A DNA stretch of 64,000 nt from a virus. Under the pieces are notes generated by a model. That model made no database searches, was not told the origin of the DNA, and was given only the letters and a program-made list of their open reading frames with translations. A program made the translations under genes and the position numbers. Shown piece by piece: positions 9,686 through 18,219 of this stretch; position 1 is the stretch's first letter, and every line of letters starts with the position of its first letter. The DNA lies in the IMG/VR virus record IMGVR_UViG_3300027917_000046, positions 3,078-67,077 of that record. One strand, written 5' to 3'.

Positions 9686-10037
9686 TGTTACGATATGTTA
9701 CGATCTTGTTACGAAATTTGTTCTTTATAATCAACGAACTGTTACACATTACCACACTTTAACTTTCATCTGCAAGTGCTTGAATCTACAGGTTGCGTTT
9801 GGTTTTATGCGACGAAATTAGCCCTTTTCTATATTATATTTATATAAAAATAAAAAAAAATAATTTTTTTTATTTACAGTAAAAGGTACACAAAGATCGT
9901 AACATAAATTCCGAAAAATTGCATGATTCGTCTGTAGAATCAAGGTTTTAAGCCCGAAAAAAGATCGTAACAAGTCGTAACAGTTCGTTGATCTATAACG
10001 ACAATTTTCGTCACAAGATCGTAACAAGATCGTAACA
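9686..10037. repeat. Probable replication origin: inverted iteron arrays around an AT-rich core
   Basis: TGTTACGA x3 (9686, 9696, 9707) facing TCGTAACA x5 (~9897, 9965, 9975, 10019, 10030); nearly pure A/T tract ~9825-9875; IHF-like AATCAAGGTTTTA at 9938-9950. Confidence 0.7.
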
Positions 10038-10103
10038 TTTCGTCGCACTGTTGCAAAAATGAGACAGTGTGGTAAAAATACAACAGTAGAAACCTCCTAT
10101 GTA

Positions 10104-10136
10104 CCTAGTACATTCCTCCTAGTACATTCCTCCTAG
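10104..10136. repeat. 14-bp tandem repeat at terL stop
   Basis: CCTAGTACATTCCT x2 followed by CCTAG. Confidence 0.85.
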
Positions 10137-11977
10137 GCTCCCATGTGGGTCTTGCCTTTCCCAACGCTGTTATACCCCATCTGATACCGTTTGAGTTGTT
10201 CTGCGACCGTAAGTTCCCGTCCTTTTCCAAAAGTTGCTGGCCTCGGCCTCACCGGCGGGGTCTTGTTGACCGCCATCTGGACCGTCCAGGCGAGTGAGTC
10301 GATCGTGTCGTCGTGGGCCCCAGCCGGGAACCGCAAAGCTTCCCGCATGAGGTCGTCCACCCATACGGCCCCTTTCGGGAACGTGACCTTCCCCAACTGC
10401 ATTCTGGCCTGAAGCGGGCGTGCCCGAACCATCTTATCCCGAATCGGCTTGAGAATATTCTCTTCCGAGATCGAGATGTAGATGCGTGTTTCCTGCATCC
10501 GTTTCTCGAGCGCTGAACGCAGTGTTCGCCAGATCATGCCGTCTTCGGCACCGAACATGGCTTTCGGAAATTCTTTAGCCAGTTGCAAGATCTCGTCAAT
10601 GATCTTGTCAGTGCTGTTCGTCTTGAATCTTACCTGCTTTACGACGTGCAGGTTATCATCCCAGTCTTGGGCAATAACTGTACCAACAGTCCAGTCGTTC
10701 GTCTGTTTCTCGCTGATAGCGAAGTCCCATGCGATGTACTGGTTGCACCGATCGATAGTCTCCCTTGTGAGGGGTTTATCGCGGTACCGGAACATATCCT
10801 TGTTGAAGTACGCTCCTTCCTCGATAATCGGGGACTGTTGATACAGCGCTGCCCAAAACCTTAGGCCTAATGTCCGTTTAATCTTATTAAGTTGGGTAAT
10901 TCCGTACCGATCCGGGTGCAACGGTTCGCCTTTTGCACGATACTCCTCATCTTCTTCCGCGATCGCTGGATAGCGGATGATTTCAAATTGGTCGACGTCT
11001 GGATCGTCCGGATTGTCTTGCATCTCCTGCTGTAGTCGGCCCTGGAGGTCGTCATAATGCCAGCATGTCTGGATCACTAAGACGCCTCCCCCGGGCGCTA
11101 ATCTTGAATACGCAGTGGAACGATACCAGTCCCAGTGTTTGTTACGAATGTCTACTGAGTCGGCTTCTTCCGCGTTCTTGATCGGGTCGTCAATGATAAG
11201 GATGTGCGCACCTTTACCCGTGATCGGCCCTCCGACACCTGCCGCGTTGTAGCCTCCGCCTCCGAAGCCGCTTGGAGATTGAATGCGCCAAGATCCGGCA
11301 GCCATGAATTCTGGATTAAGCTTAGTAGCGGGAAAGATTCGGCCAAACTGTGTGGTGCGGACGAGGTCTCTACAGTCACGCGAGAAGTCGAGCGCAAGGG
11401 CTTCACCGTAGGAGCAGCAGATAAATTCATGTAGTGGATTATGTCCAAGATGCCAGGCCGGGAACATTTTTGACGCGATTTGCGATTTCCCATGACGCGG
11501 TGGAACCAGCAACATGAGTCGGGGTGATTTTCCTTCTTCGACATCCTTCGAAAACTTTTCAAGGCGCGTACAGATATCATGGTGAACCCATCCTGCTTTG
11601 TAGTTTGGATGAAAACCCTTGACAAATTCAATCAGTTTGCGACGTTGGAGCTCGCGGCGCGCAAGTTCGCGGGTGGCGGCGTCTGTTTCCAGTTTTGCGC
11701 CTTCTTCCACCACGTCTAGCTTCACGGCCGCGGCTCGCTTACGTGCCATCTTCTGATGTTTTTTATTCAGAAGACGTTGCTTCGCGATCTTTTTAAGTTC
11801 CTCGCGAAGCATTTTCTCTTGGCGACGATGCTCTACCTTCTGCTCGAGCGTTTGAGTAACAGAATTACTCTTCACGCATGAGCGGCACTCATCATGGTGC
11901 TTGTAGAAGACAGTAGCGGGTCTGTCCTTCTTACACGTCGGACAGAATCTTGTCTTCTTCTCTTCTTGGGGTAACAT
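10133..11977 (-). CDS. terL: Terminase large subunit with N-terminal Zn-finger extension
   Basis: Walker A 'VPPRHGKS', Walker B 'ILIIDDPIKN', nuclease 'AWDFA' and 'FPAGAHDDTIDS'. Confidence 0.95.
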   Translation of the reverse strand: MLPQEEKKTRFCPTCKKDRPATVFYKHHDECRSCVKSNSVTQTLEQKVEHRRQEKMLREELKKIAKQRLLNKKHQKMARKRAAAVKLDVVEEGAKLETDAATRELARRELQRRKLIEFVKGFHPNYKAGWVHHDICTRLEKFSKDVEEGKSPRLMLLVPPRHGKSQIASKMFPAWHLGHNPLHEFICCSYGEALALDFSRDCRDLVRTTQFGRIFPATKLNPEFMAAGSWRIQSPSGFGGGGYNAAGVGGPITGKGAHILIIDDPIKNAEEADSVDIRNKHWDWYRSTAYSRLAPGGGVLVIQTCWHYDDLQGRLQQEMQDNPDDPDVDQFEIIRYPAIAEEDEEYRAKGEPLHPDRYGITQLNKIKRTLGLRFWAALYQQSPIIEEGAYFNKDMFRYRDKPLTRETIDRCNQYIAWDFAISEKQTNDWTVGTVIAQDWDDNLHVVKQVRFKTNSTDKIIDEILQLAKEFPKAMFGAEDGMIWRTLRSALEKRMQETRIYISISEENILKPIRDKMVRARPLQARMQLGKVTFPKGAVWVDDLMREALRFPAGAHDDTIDSLAWTVQMAVNKTPPVRPRPATFGKGRELTVAEQLKRYQMGYNSVGKGKTHMGA

Positions 11978-12401
11978 CAATCACCTTGGCATTCGCCAAT
12001 CTCAACAATTCATCTTCAGTCAGCTCGGTAAGTAGCTTTTGGAGGTCCTGTTTGTTCATGTCCCGCGTGATTTTCTTTACTTCGGGGGCATAGAAGCCCA
12101 GCATCTTGCCCATTTCACGGGCGGCCTGCACGATTCCAGTCGGATCGGCCTGTAATTTGGCCAGATCAGCAGCTTCTCGCAGCATTTCGATGACCATTTC
12201 CTTCGTTATGCCTACGTTTGAAGCCGTTTCAGCCCGAACCCGAGCCAACTCCTGGCTGACTGTTTCGGATTTCTCGATTCTTTCAGCCACAGGATCCCCT
12301 CCGTTCTCGGAATATCCAGCCATGATCGCCGATTGCTCTCTCGAGAGACCCCGCGCGCGGTGCTGAACGTACTTCGCCTGCTTTTTGGTTAATTTAGCCA
12401 T
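11931..12401 (-). CDS. terS: Terminase small subunit
   Basis: 'LTKKQAKYV...SAIMAGYS' HTH pattern, 'EMGKMLGFY'; directly upstream of terL. Confidence 0.85.
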   Translation of the reverse strand: MAKLTKKQAKYVQHRARGLSREQSAIMAGYSENGGDPVAERIEKSETVSQELARVRAETASNVGITKEMVIEMLREAADLAKLQADPTGIVQAAREMGKMLGFYAPEVKKITRDMNKQDLQKLLTELTEDELLRLANAKVIDVTPRREEDKILSDV

Positions 12402-12411
12402 TTGGACGCGT

Positions 12412-12440
12412 ATTATACGCTAAAATTTTTGAAAAATCAA
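12412..12440 (-). promoter_or_regulatory. Sigma70-type promoter of terS (near-leaderless)
   Basis: TTGATT-17 nt-TATAAT, 10 nt before ATG, no SD. Confidence 0.75.
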
Positions 12441-12748
12441 GCGTAAATTGTTGCAAAAATACGACAAAAATTTTAAAGAAAAGGGTCCCCTATCAATAAT
12501 TTAGGATATCCAGATGTCGGTGGGTCCCCTCTCCCGCGCCGCCGAGGCCCGGGGTGCCCGGTTCGTTCGACCGGAGTCCCACGCTGTTGGGACCCCTGGC
12601 TCGTCGCTCTGCGCCTGCACAGGGCTCGTCGCTCCGCTCCTCGTGCTCCGTTCGCTTCCGCTCTCTCCGCTGCGCTCGGTCCTTCGTCCCTCGCGCTCCG
12701 TCTTACGGTTGTGTGTTCGCTCTGAACACACTACATAGGAGATGGACG

Positions 12749-12919
12749 ATGAGCGCAGCATGGGCTGGGCCTGATGTGTTTGACGTTGAGGCAGTTGGTA
12801 GCTTTGTCCCCGAGGATACGGGGTATGGCCCGCAGTACGATGTGGATGACCCTCGGGTCACCAAGATCGTCCTGCGGTTTGCTCGTTTCAGTGATGTTCT
12901 TGCGAAGGAGGTCGAGTAA
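12749..12919 (+). CDS. Early hypothetical protein
   Basis: AGGAG SD, start MSAAWAG; stop overlaps next start. Confidence 0.55.
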   Translation: MSAAWAGPDVFDVEAVGSFVPEDTGYGPQYDVDDPRVTKIVLRFARFSDVLAKEVE

Positions 12920-13137
12920 TGAAGCTCTTCGGTAAGGAGTACAAACTGGTGAAGTTCGAGGCGCATCATGAGGTGCGGGCTCTGTACAACGAGCAGTTTG
13001 CCAAGGGCATGCACGGTCGTGACGCAGTGCACCGTAAGCTGCGCCCTATCGGCAACGCCCTCAGTACAGTGAACGCTGCTGCTAAGGTCGCGGTCGTGAG
13101 TACCGTGGCCCGAGTGCATGGTTTCCTGCACTGGTAG
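12919..13137 (+). CDS. Early hypothetical protein
   Basis: AAGGAGG SD, TAATG coupling. Confidence 0.65.
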   Translation: MKLFGKEYKLVKFEAHHEVRALYNEQFAKGMHGRDAVHRKLRPIGNALSTVNAAAKVAVVSTVARVHGFLHW

Positions 13138-13217
13138 CAGAGGTCGGCGGTACCCTGTAGCATTGTTGCAACAATGTCGCTTTTTTACAACACCCTTTGG
13201 GGTATAAGGAGTTTATC

Positions 13218-13571
13218 ATGAGTTTCGCACGATATGGTAATGTTGAGCTGAAGAAGTACCTCTCGCACGGAGTGTCGCGGTACGAAGGGCCTCTGACCTT
13301 GGAAGATGGTGAGACTGAACTCCGTTTCGTGGGACTGTCTTACCCGGACAAGCCCTATGAGTTCGACATCGTTGATCCTAAGAACGGCTGGATGAAGCTC
13401 GACGAGTTCAAGCTCGAGCAGTTCGGAGATCAACGTCGTCAGGACATTCATGTCCCAAACCTCGGCCTGAGCTTGCGCGCTTGGATCGGAAAGACCCGTA
13501 AGGGTAAGTTCTGTATCAAGTTCGTAATCCTCGACGAGAAGGGCATGCCTCCGGCACCCCGTCCTCGGTAA
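13218..13571 (+). CDS. Early hypothetical protein
   Basis: TAAGGAG SD before MSFARYG. Confidence 0.7.
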   Translation: MSFARYGNVELKKYLSHGVSRYEGPLTLEDGETELRFVGLSYPDKPYEFDIVDPKNGWMKLDEFKLEQFGDQRRQDIHVPNLGLSLRAWIGKTRKGKFCIKFVILDEKGMPPAPRPR

Positions 13572-13603
13572 TTTGCGACCTGGTCGCATGGTAGTCGTTT
13601 ATC

Positions 13604-13679
13604 GGAGCTAGCTGCGGGGTAACCGCGGTGAAGGGGCGAGCGTTAAGCCACTGTGGCAACACGCTCCCCCGCTCCACCA
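13604..13679 (+). ncRNA. Candidate 76-nt structured RNA with acceptor-like stem and ACCA end
   Basis: GGAGC/GCTCC-ACCA; GCGG/CCGC hairpin; GGGG-c-GAGCGT/ACGCTC-CCCC arm capped by GCCA-CTG-TGGC; intergenic. Confidence 0.55.
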
Positions 13680-13694
13680 CTTAAGGAGACTTAT

Positions 13695-13955
13695 ATGAAG
13701 ATCATAGTTGACATCGAAGATCTGCAGGCTGATGAGCAAACGCTGAATCACTTGACGCATGTGCTTTATGGTGCTTTAACAGAGTTTGTCGCTGTCCGTT
13801 GTACAGAGTATGCTGGCAAAGACTACGTTGCACGCCGGTATCCGACTCTGGACGCCATGGACGCCCAAGCTATGCGTACTACAATCTGGCAACGCTGTAG
13901 GGTTGCCGATGAACTTCGCGCAGCTTGTGCCCATGGTGTTACTATTGAGGAGTAA
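13695..13955 (+). CDS. Early hypothetical protein
   Basis: TAAGGAG SD before MKIIVD. Confidence 0.65.
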   Translation: MKIIVDIEDLQADEQTLNHLTHVLYGALTEFVAVRCTEYAGKDYVARRYPTLDAMDAQAMRTTIWQRCRVADELRAACAHGVTIEE

Positions 13956-13960
13956 TAGCC

Positions 13961-14212
13961 ATGTTAGAGATCGTATTGTGGTTTGGCTTCATAACCGCGA
14001 TCGGTGAGTTCATATTGTTGAAAACACTGCCCTGTAGGCTACGAGCTTGGCTCGTAGGGCCAGGGCAGCATCTGACCCACTTTGGGTTTGCTGCATTCAA
14101 CTTATGGATTCATTGGGGCACAGTGACTGGTACGATGACTGCTGTTGTTGCATTCATTGTATCCACAGTCGTCTGTGATTTTGTGCGTCGCACGACAACG
14201 CGTAGCGCGTAA
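13961..14212 (+). CDS. Small multi-pass membrane protein
   Basis: GAGGAG SD; hydrophobic segments. Confidence 0.65.
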   Translation: MLEIVLWFGFITAIGEFILLKTLPCRLRAWLVGPGQHLTHFGFAAFNLWIHWGTVTGTMTAVVAFIVSTVVCDFVRRTTTRSA

Positions 14213-14284
14213 CGTCAGCACAAGAGCATAAGCCCTAATCCTTAACTACTTAAGATAAACGCCAACGTGTGAGAAAGGAGCAGC

Positions 14285-14617
14285 ATGGGGAAAAATATAA
14301 AGGTAGGCGATCTGGCCTATATATACCGCTCCGCTGCATGCTGCGGTGCGAACAACGACATTGGAAAGATCGGCCAGATAGCAGCCATCCATAGAGTAAC
14401 ACTGTGGTGTACTAAATGCTGGACAGCGTACACCGGAATGTATGCAACTTGGACTAGTAGTCCTGTCGATACTTATCCCATCTACATGCTCAAACCCATT
14501 GATGGACTGAGCCAGGATGAGAAGCTCGAAGAGTCCATATTTCATCCCTATGGAGAGCACGCTCGGGTAACAGAAGAGGCAGCAAAGCCCTCGCGTCCCG
14601 TCCCACAGAAGGTGTAG
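14285..14617 (+). CDS. Hypothetical protein with CxxC
   Basis: AAAGGAG SD. Confidence 0.6.
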   Translation: MGKNIKVGDLAYIYRSAACCGANNDIGKIGQIAAIHRVTLWCTKCWTAYTGMYATWTSSPVDTYPIYMLKPIDGLSQDEKLEESIFHPYGEHARVTEEAAKPSRPVPQKV

Positions 14618-14912
14618 TTTAGTTAGAGGAGTCGCATATGGTAATTATGAATGATAGACGTAGAGCCAAACTGCTGAGCAGGTTGTGGCAACACGACAGT
14701 GTCGCTGCCATACGGATCGCTGTGTGGTACTACGACGCAGATATTTTCTTTTATCTATGGTAGTCCACATGTGGAGACACAATTTATGTCGCTACTAAAG
14801 AAGGTCACAGTCCTAAGTCCTCTGGTTGAGGAGCTCGGTGTATTCATCGTGCCCGAGAACTCAGTTGCTTGTAATCTGTTGTTATACCTGCTTGAGGAGA
14901 AAGAGATTGCCT

Positions 14913-15206
14913 ATGACATCGAATCCATCCAAAGACCGGGGTCGCGTAGTTCACTGCAAGAAAGAGAAGTTTGATGTATATATCGGACGGCCTGGGTACT
15001 TCGGTAATCCGTTCGTACTACATCGAGAACAAGATCGTGAGTCTGTCGTTCATCGTTACGAGCTCTATGCTCGGAAGCGCATGATCGAGGACATCGAGTT
15101 CGAGAAAAAGATCAAAGACCTGTACGGCAAAACGCTTGGATGCTATTGTGCTCCAAGACTTTGTCATGGAGATATCTTGTTAAAAATCGCAGAGGAGCTA
15201 CAGTAA
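14913..15206 (+). CDS. DUF4326-family protein
   Basis: 'VVHCKKEKFDVYIGRPGYFGNPF' and 'LYGKTLGCYCAPRLCHGDIL'. Confidence 0.85.
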   Translation: MTSNPSKDRGRVVHCKKEKFDVYIGRPGYFGNPFVLHREQDRESVVHRYELYARKRMIEDIEFEKKIKDLYGKTLGCYCAPRLCHGDILLKIAEELQ

Positions 15207-15215
15207 TTAACCAAT

Positions 15216-15302
15216 GGATGAGACGCCCAAATGGTAGGGCACCGGGCTGTAAACCCGTGGTCGGCTAGTTCCGTGTAGGTTCGAATCCTACCTCATCCAC
15301 CA
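15216..15302 (+). tRNA. tRNA-Tyr(GTA)
   Basis: GGATGAG/CTCATCC acceptor, loop CTGTAAA, long variable arm, GTAGG-TTCGAAT-CCTAC T arm, ACCA end. Confidence 0.93.
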
Positions 15303-15323
15303 AATTTGCACTATGGAGCCGCT

Positions 15324-15518
15324 ATGAAAACCTTCTTAGTAGACTACAAATACAGAGTCAAAGCAGTCAATGATGTAGATGCGCAAGAACGCACGCTATT
15401 GTACATCTATAACTCTGATTACCGTAATGCGTGCAAAGCATCGAGTAATCCAGTCGTCAAGGAAGAGATCACCATCAGACAAGTAACTGAATCAGACGGA
15501 TGGGAGATAGCACCATGA
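15324..15518 (+). CDS. Hypothetical protein
   Basis: GGAG SD before MKTFLVD. Confidence 0.5.
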   Translation: MKTFLVDYKYRVKAVNDVDAQERTLLYIYNSDYRNACKASSNPVVKEEITIRQVTESDGWEIAP

Positions 15519-15856
15519 AAATACGTAAGATAGTAACTGTCGAAACAAGAATGTTCAGAATCATCGTTATGTGCGGCATAGTTATATTCTTGTTCTCAGT
15601 TATTTGTTTGTTAGCCGCCATTATGGCAGAACAAGAGTTGCGTTACCTGCAGAAACGCAGCTCATATCCAATACGTGTTGAGAAGGAGATCTTCGATGTT
15701 GGAACCTACAGGTGTCAAAAACAGCTCGATTACGTCATCTTCCCACGGAAAGGTCAAACGTACGTATTCGCATGTAGTGACGGCAACAAATACAAAGACA
15801 CCATCACCCTTACAACGACAGTGGATAAGCCAGCAGTCGACTATGCATTGGACTAA
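15515..15856 (+). CDS. Membrane-anchored hypothetical protein
   Basis: One strong TM segment; ATGA coupling. Confidence 0.55.
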   Translation: MKIRKIVTVETRMFRIIVMCGIVIFLFSVICLLAAIMAEQELRYLQKRSSYPIRVEKEIFDVGTYRCQKQLDYVIFPRKGQTYVFACSDGNKYKDTITLTTTVDKPAVDYALD

Positions 15857-16319
15857 CTGGCTACTGACCGTTTTCATATTACTACTCTTGTCTTTCGCTT
15901 ATAGTAATGTTGATGGTGCTGATTTATCTTTGAAGGATAAAGTAGGGTCAGTACTTATTTTGCATGACAGTAAGTGTGATAGTAAGAAAGTACTTTATGT
16001 CATGACATATAGAAAGCTTCCAACGAAAGGAATGAAAAATGCTGAGTTCTTCTCAGTCAGTAAAGGAGCAACAAAAGGATGCTGGGATGCGAACCCGAAA
16101 ACAGGACAAATCTTCCTCCTCTTCGAAAACGGCATGTGGTCAACCAGTTTCTATCTACACCAGTTTGGAGAAGAAGGCAAAGAGCTCAGACCTCGTAGCG
16201 GCCAACAGAGTAAACACCATACTAACAAGAAACAGTTCTTCGCCGAATTGGCCAGAGACACAGCTAATGATGGCTATATTACATCAAACAGTAATGGATC
16301 TAATAAGCCCGGAAGATGA
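15843..16319 (+). CDS. Exported protein, probable paralog of 282..704
   Basis: Signal peptide MHWTNWLLTVFILLLLSFA; 'LILHDSKC...KGCW...IFLLFENG'. Confidence 0.55.
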   Translation: MHWTNWLLTVFILLLLSFAYSNVDGADLSLKDKVGSVLILHDSKCDSKKVLYVMTYRKLPTKGMKNAEFFSVSKGATKGCWDANPKTGQIFLLFENGMWSTSFYLHQFGEEGKELRPRSGQQSKHHTNKKQFFAELARDTANDGYITSNSNGSNKPGR

Positions 16320-16603
16320 ATACATTGAAGCAAATGCAAGAAGGTTTCTAAGAATGAAATGGTTCACAATGGTTTGTGACTATTGTGGTTTAGATCCACA
16401 ATTTGCTCGCGAACTGATAAGAGGAGCTCATGAAATCAAGAGACAACGAAAAACCCATTGAAGTAGCAATCGACTCAAGTTCACCTTTATGGCGCCTGCT
16501 TGAGCCGATAGATCCAAACGGTGATCCTCTCGACCTGTTAATCAGGGCTGAGGATGGCGACGAAATCGCAATTTCAATCTTAAGACCATGGAAAGGAAAC
16601 ACA

Positions 16604-17524
16604 ATGAACTACCTGAATCATCTTGTAAACGAATGCGACGAGAACCGCATCAGTCAGTCTGCCCTCGTCACGGCGATTCGTTCCATCGCTAACCTCTGTC
16701 ACGGAAATCTGCAAACCATCAGCAGCGTACGTCTCGCCAACATCGAGAAACGCGGCGATGCTGATTTGACCCGTGCAATGGTGGAAGGCACGATGGATCA
16801 TCCCGCCGGCGAACCAGGCGACGAAGGAGCTGAAATCGAACGTTCAGCAGAGCTTGGTTTTGCACATCGTCTGACCGTAACGCAACGTGGTGATTGCTTT
16901 GCTTCAATCAGGGAAGCATGTTTCAATCTGGCTGCAGAACGCGGCTTTACTGGGTTCGATGCACCCCGTAACTTCAAGGATTACCTCGAAGGTAGGGTCG
17001 CCCGCCTTCGTACCGGCGCTGTCAGTGAAGCTGATATTGCTGTGATCCAGAAGAAGATGCTGGGTTATGATCGTGACCAAGCAAAGGCTTTTGCCCTGAA
17101 GAGCAACAAAGCTCGTGCAGAAGAGCTCGAGAAGAACGCAGACGCAGTAATCGCTGAAGACAGTTCGTACGAAACTGACATCGACTTTGAGGAAGCCTGT
17201 GGTTCGCTGGGTTGGCTATTCCAGCAACGCATGCGCGTCAAGGTTATCGACGGTATCATGTATGAAGTCAAGCGAATCGACAAGGTTCTGGAGAATCACA
17301 CAACGTTTGAAGCACTCATCGCAAAAAGGAACGATCTGTCCCTTGATGCGCTCGTCCTCGAGAATGAGCTCAAACAATTCGAGAGGACCTACCGTACCTC
17401 CATCAACAAAGAAATGGGTGAGACTGGTTGGACGCCCTCGGTAGTTGATCCTGAACATCAGAGCAAGATGAACTACACCAGGAAGTTGATTGCACTGCAG
17501 GCGCAAGAGCAGCAAGCTGCTTAG
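16604..17524 (+). CDS. Helical early protein of unknown function (in-frame extension from 16430)
   Basis: AAAGGA SD before MNYLNH; followed by terminator. Confidence 0.7.
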   Translation: MNYLNHLVNECDENRISQSALVTAIRSIANLCHGNLQTISSVRLANIEKRGDADLTRAMVEGTMDHPAGEPGDEGAEIERSAELGFAHRLTVTQRGDCFASIREACFNLAAERGFTGFDAPRNFKDYLEGRVARLRTGAVSEADIAVIQKKMLGYDRDQAKAFALKSNKARAEELEKNADAVIAEDSSYETDIDFEEACGSLGWLFQQRMRVKVIDGIMYEVKRIDKVLENHTTFEALIAKRNDLSLDALVLENELKQFERTYRTSINKEMGETGWTPSVVDPEHQSKMNYTRKLIALQAQEQQAA

Positions 17525-17554
17525 TCTGTCTCCTCAGCGGCTCCTCGCTGATTA

Positions 17555-17590
17555 CCCCGCCGGTGGCAACCCCACTGGCGGGGGTTTTTT
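17555..17590 (+). terminator. Rho-independent terminator
   Basis: CCCCGCCGGTGG-loop-CCACTGGCGGGG followed by T-run. Confidence 0.9.
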
Positions 17591-17621
17591 ATTTGAATAA
17601 CTACTCTATATGGGGACTAAT

Positions 17622-18212
17622 ATGAAACGTCCATTTTGGTTTATGTACGCAGTCATACTGGGTACACTTTTGTTGTTTGGCAACGGTAACGCAGCTCCTC
17701 CAGTGTTTGAAGGTGGTCTCGGTTTCGGTAAGGGGCAGGGAGTAGCCTGTAATGGCCCCGCTGCGCTCATGAATCCGTTCTGTAGAGGCGTAACACCACC
17801 GTCTCCTCCGCCTCCGCCCGTAACACCTCCGCCCGTAACACCTCCTCCTGTGACGCCTCCTCCTGTGACGCCTCCGCCCGTAACACCTCCGCCCGTAACA
17901 CCTCCGCCCACGGTAACACCGCCTGTAGCACCGCCACCGCCTAGTACTACGCCGCCGGCTACAACGCCACCGAGTACAGCAGCGCCGTCATCGCAAGGTG
18001 GAAGTAATGCAACGCAGAATGCGGGCCATAGTGGCAAATCTACATTTGCCAAGGTTGTAGAAATTGGCATCGCTGCAATTACGGCCTACATCATTATCTG
18101 TATGATCGTTGAGCAGAACGATGATGTCTCCCAGGAAGATAAAGACTACTGGTGTGGTCGAGACGAAGAGTGGGAAGGTACTCCATTCCCAGTTGACAAC
18201 TCAATCGATTAG
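17622..18212 (+). CDS. Proline-rich type I membrane protein with PPPVT repeats
   Basis: Signal peptide, Cys pair, tandem PPPVT, TM 'IGIAAITAYIIICMIV', acidic tail. Confidence 0.75.
   Translation: MKRPFWFMYAVILGTLLLFGNGNAAPPVFEGGLGFGKGQGVACNGPAALMNPFCRGVTPPSPPPPPVTPPPVTPPPVTPPPVTPPPVTPPPVTPPPTVTPPVAPPPPSTTPPATTPPSTAAPSSQGGSNATQNAGHSGKSTFAKVVEIGIAAITAYIIICMIVEQNDDVSQEDKDYWCGRDEEWEGTPFPVDNSID
17789..17945 (+). repeat. 15-bp coding tandem repeat (CCTCCGCCCGTAACA and variants)
   Basis: Directly visible; encodes PPPVT. Confidence 0.9.
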
Positions 18213-18219
18213 TTTTGAA

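Noticed and set aside
9818-10048. 76-aa minus-strand ORF with repeated CYDL
   Set aside because: By-product of the iteron repeats; no SD
12607-12618. GCTCTGCGC resembles part of the Chi-phage cohesive end
   Set aside because: Only 9 nt match in a GC-rich region, and this TerL does not look like the lambda/Chi cos-cutting type
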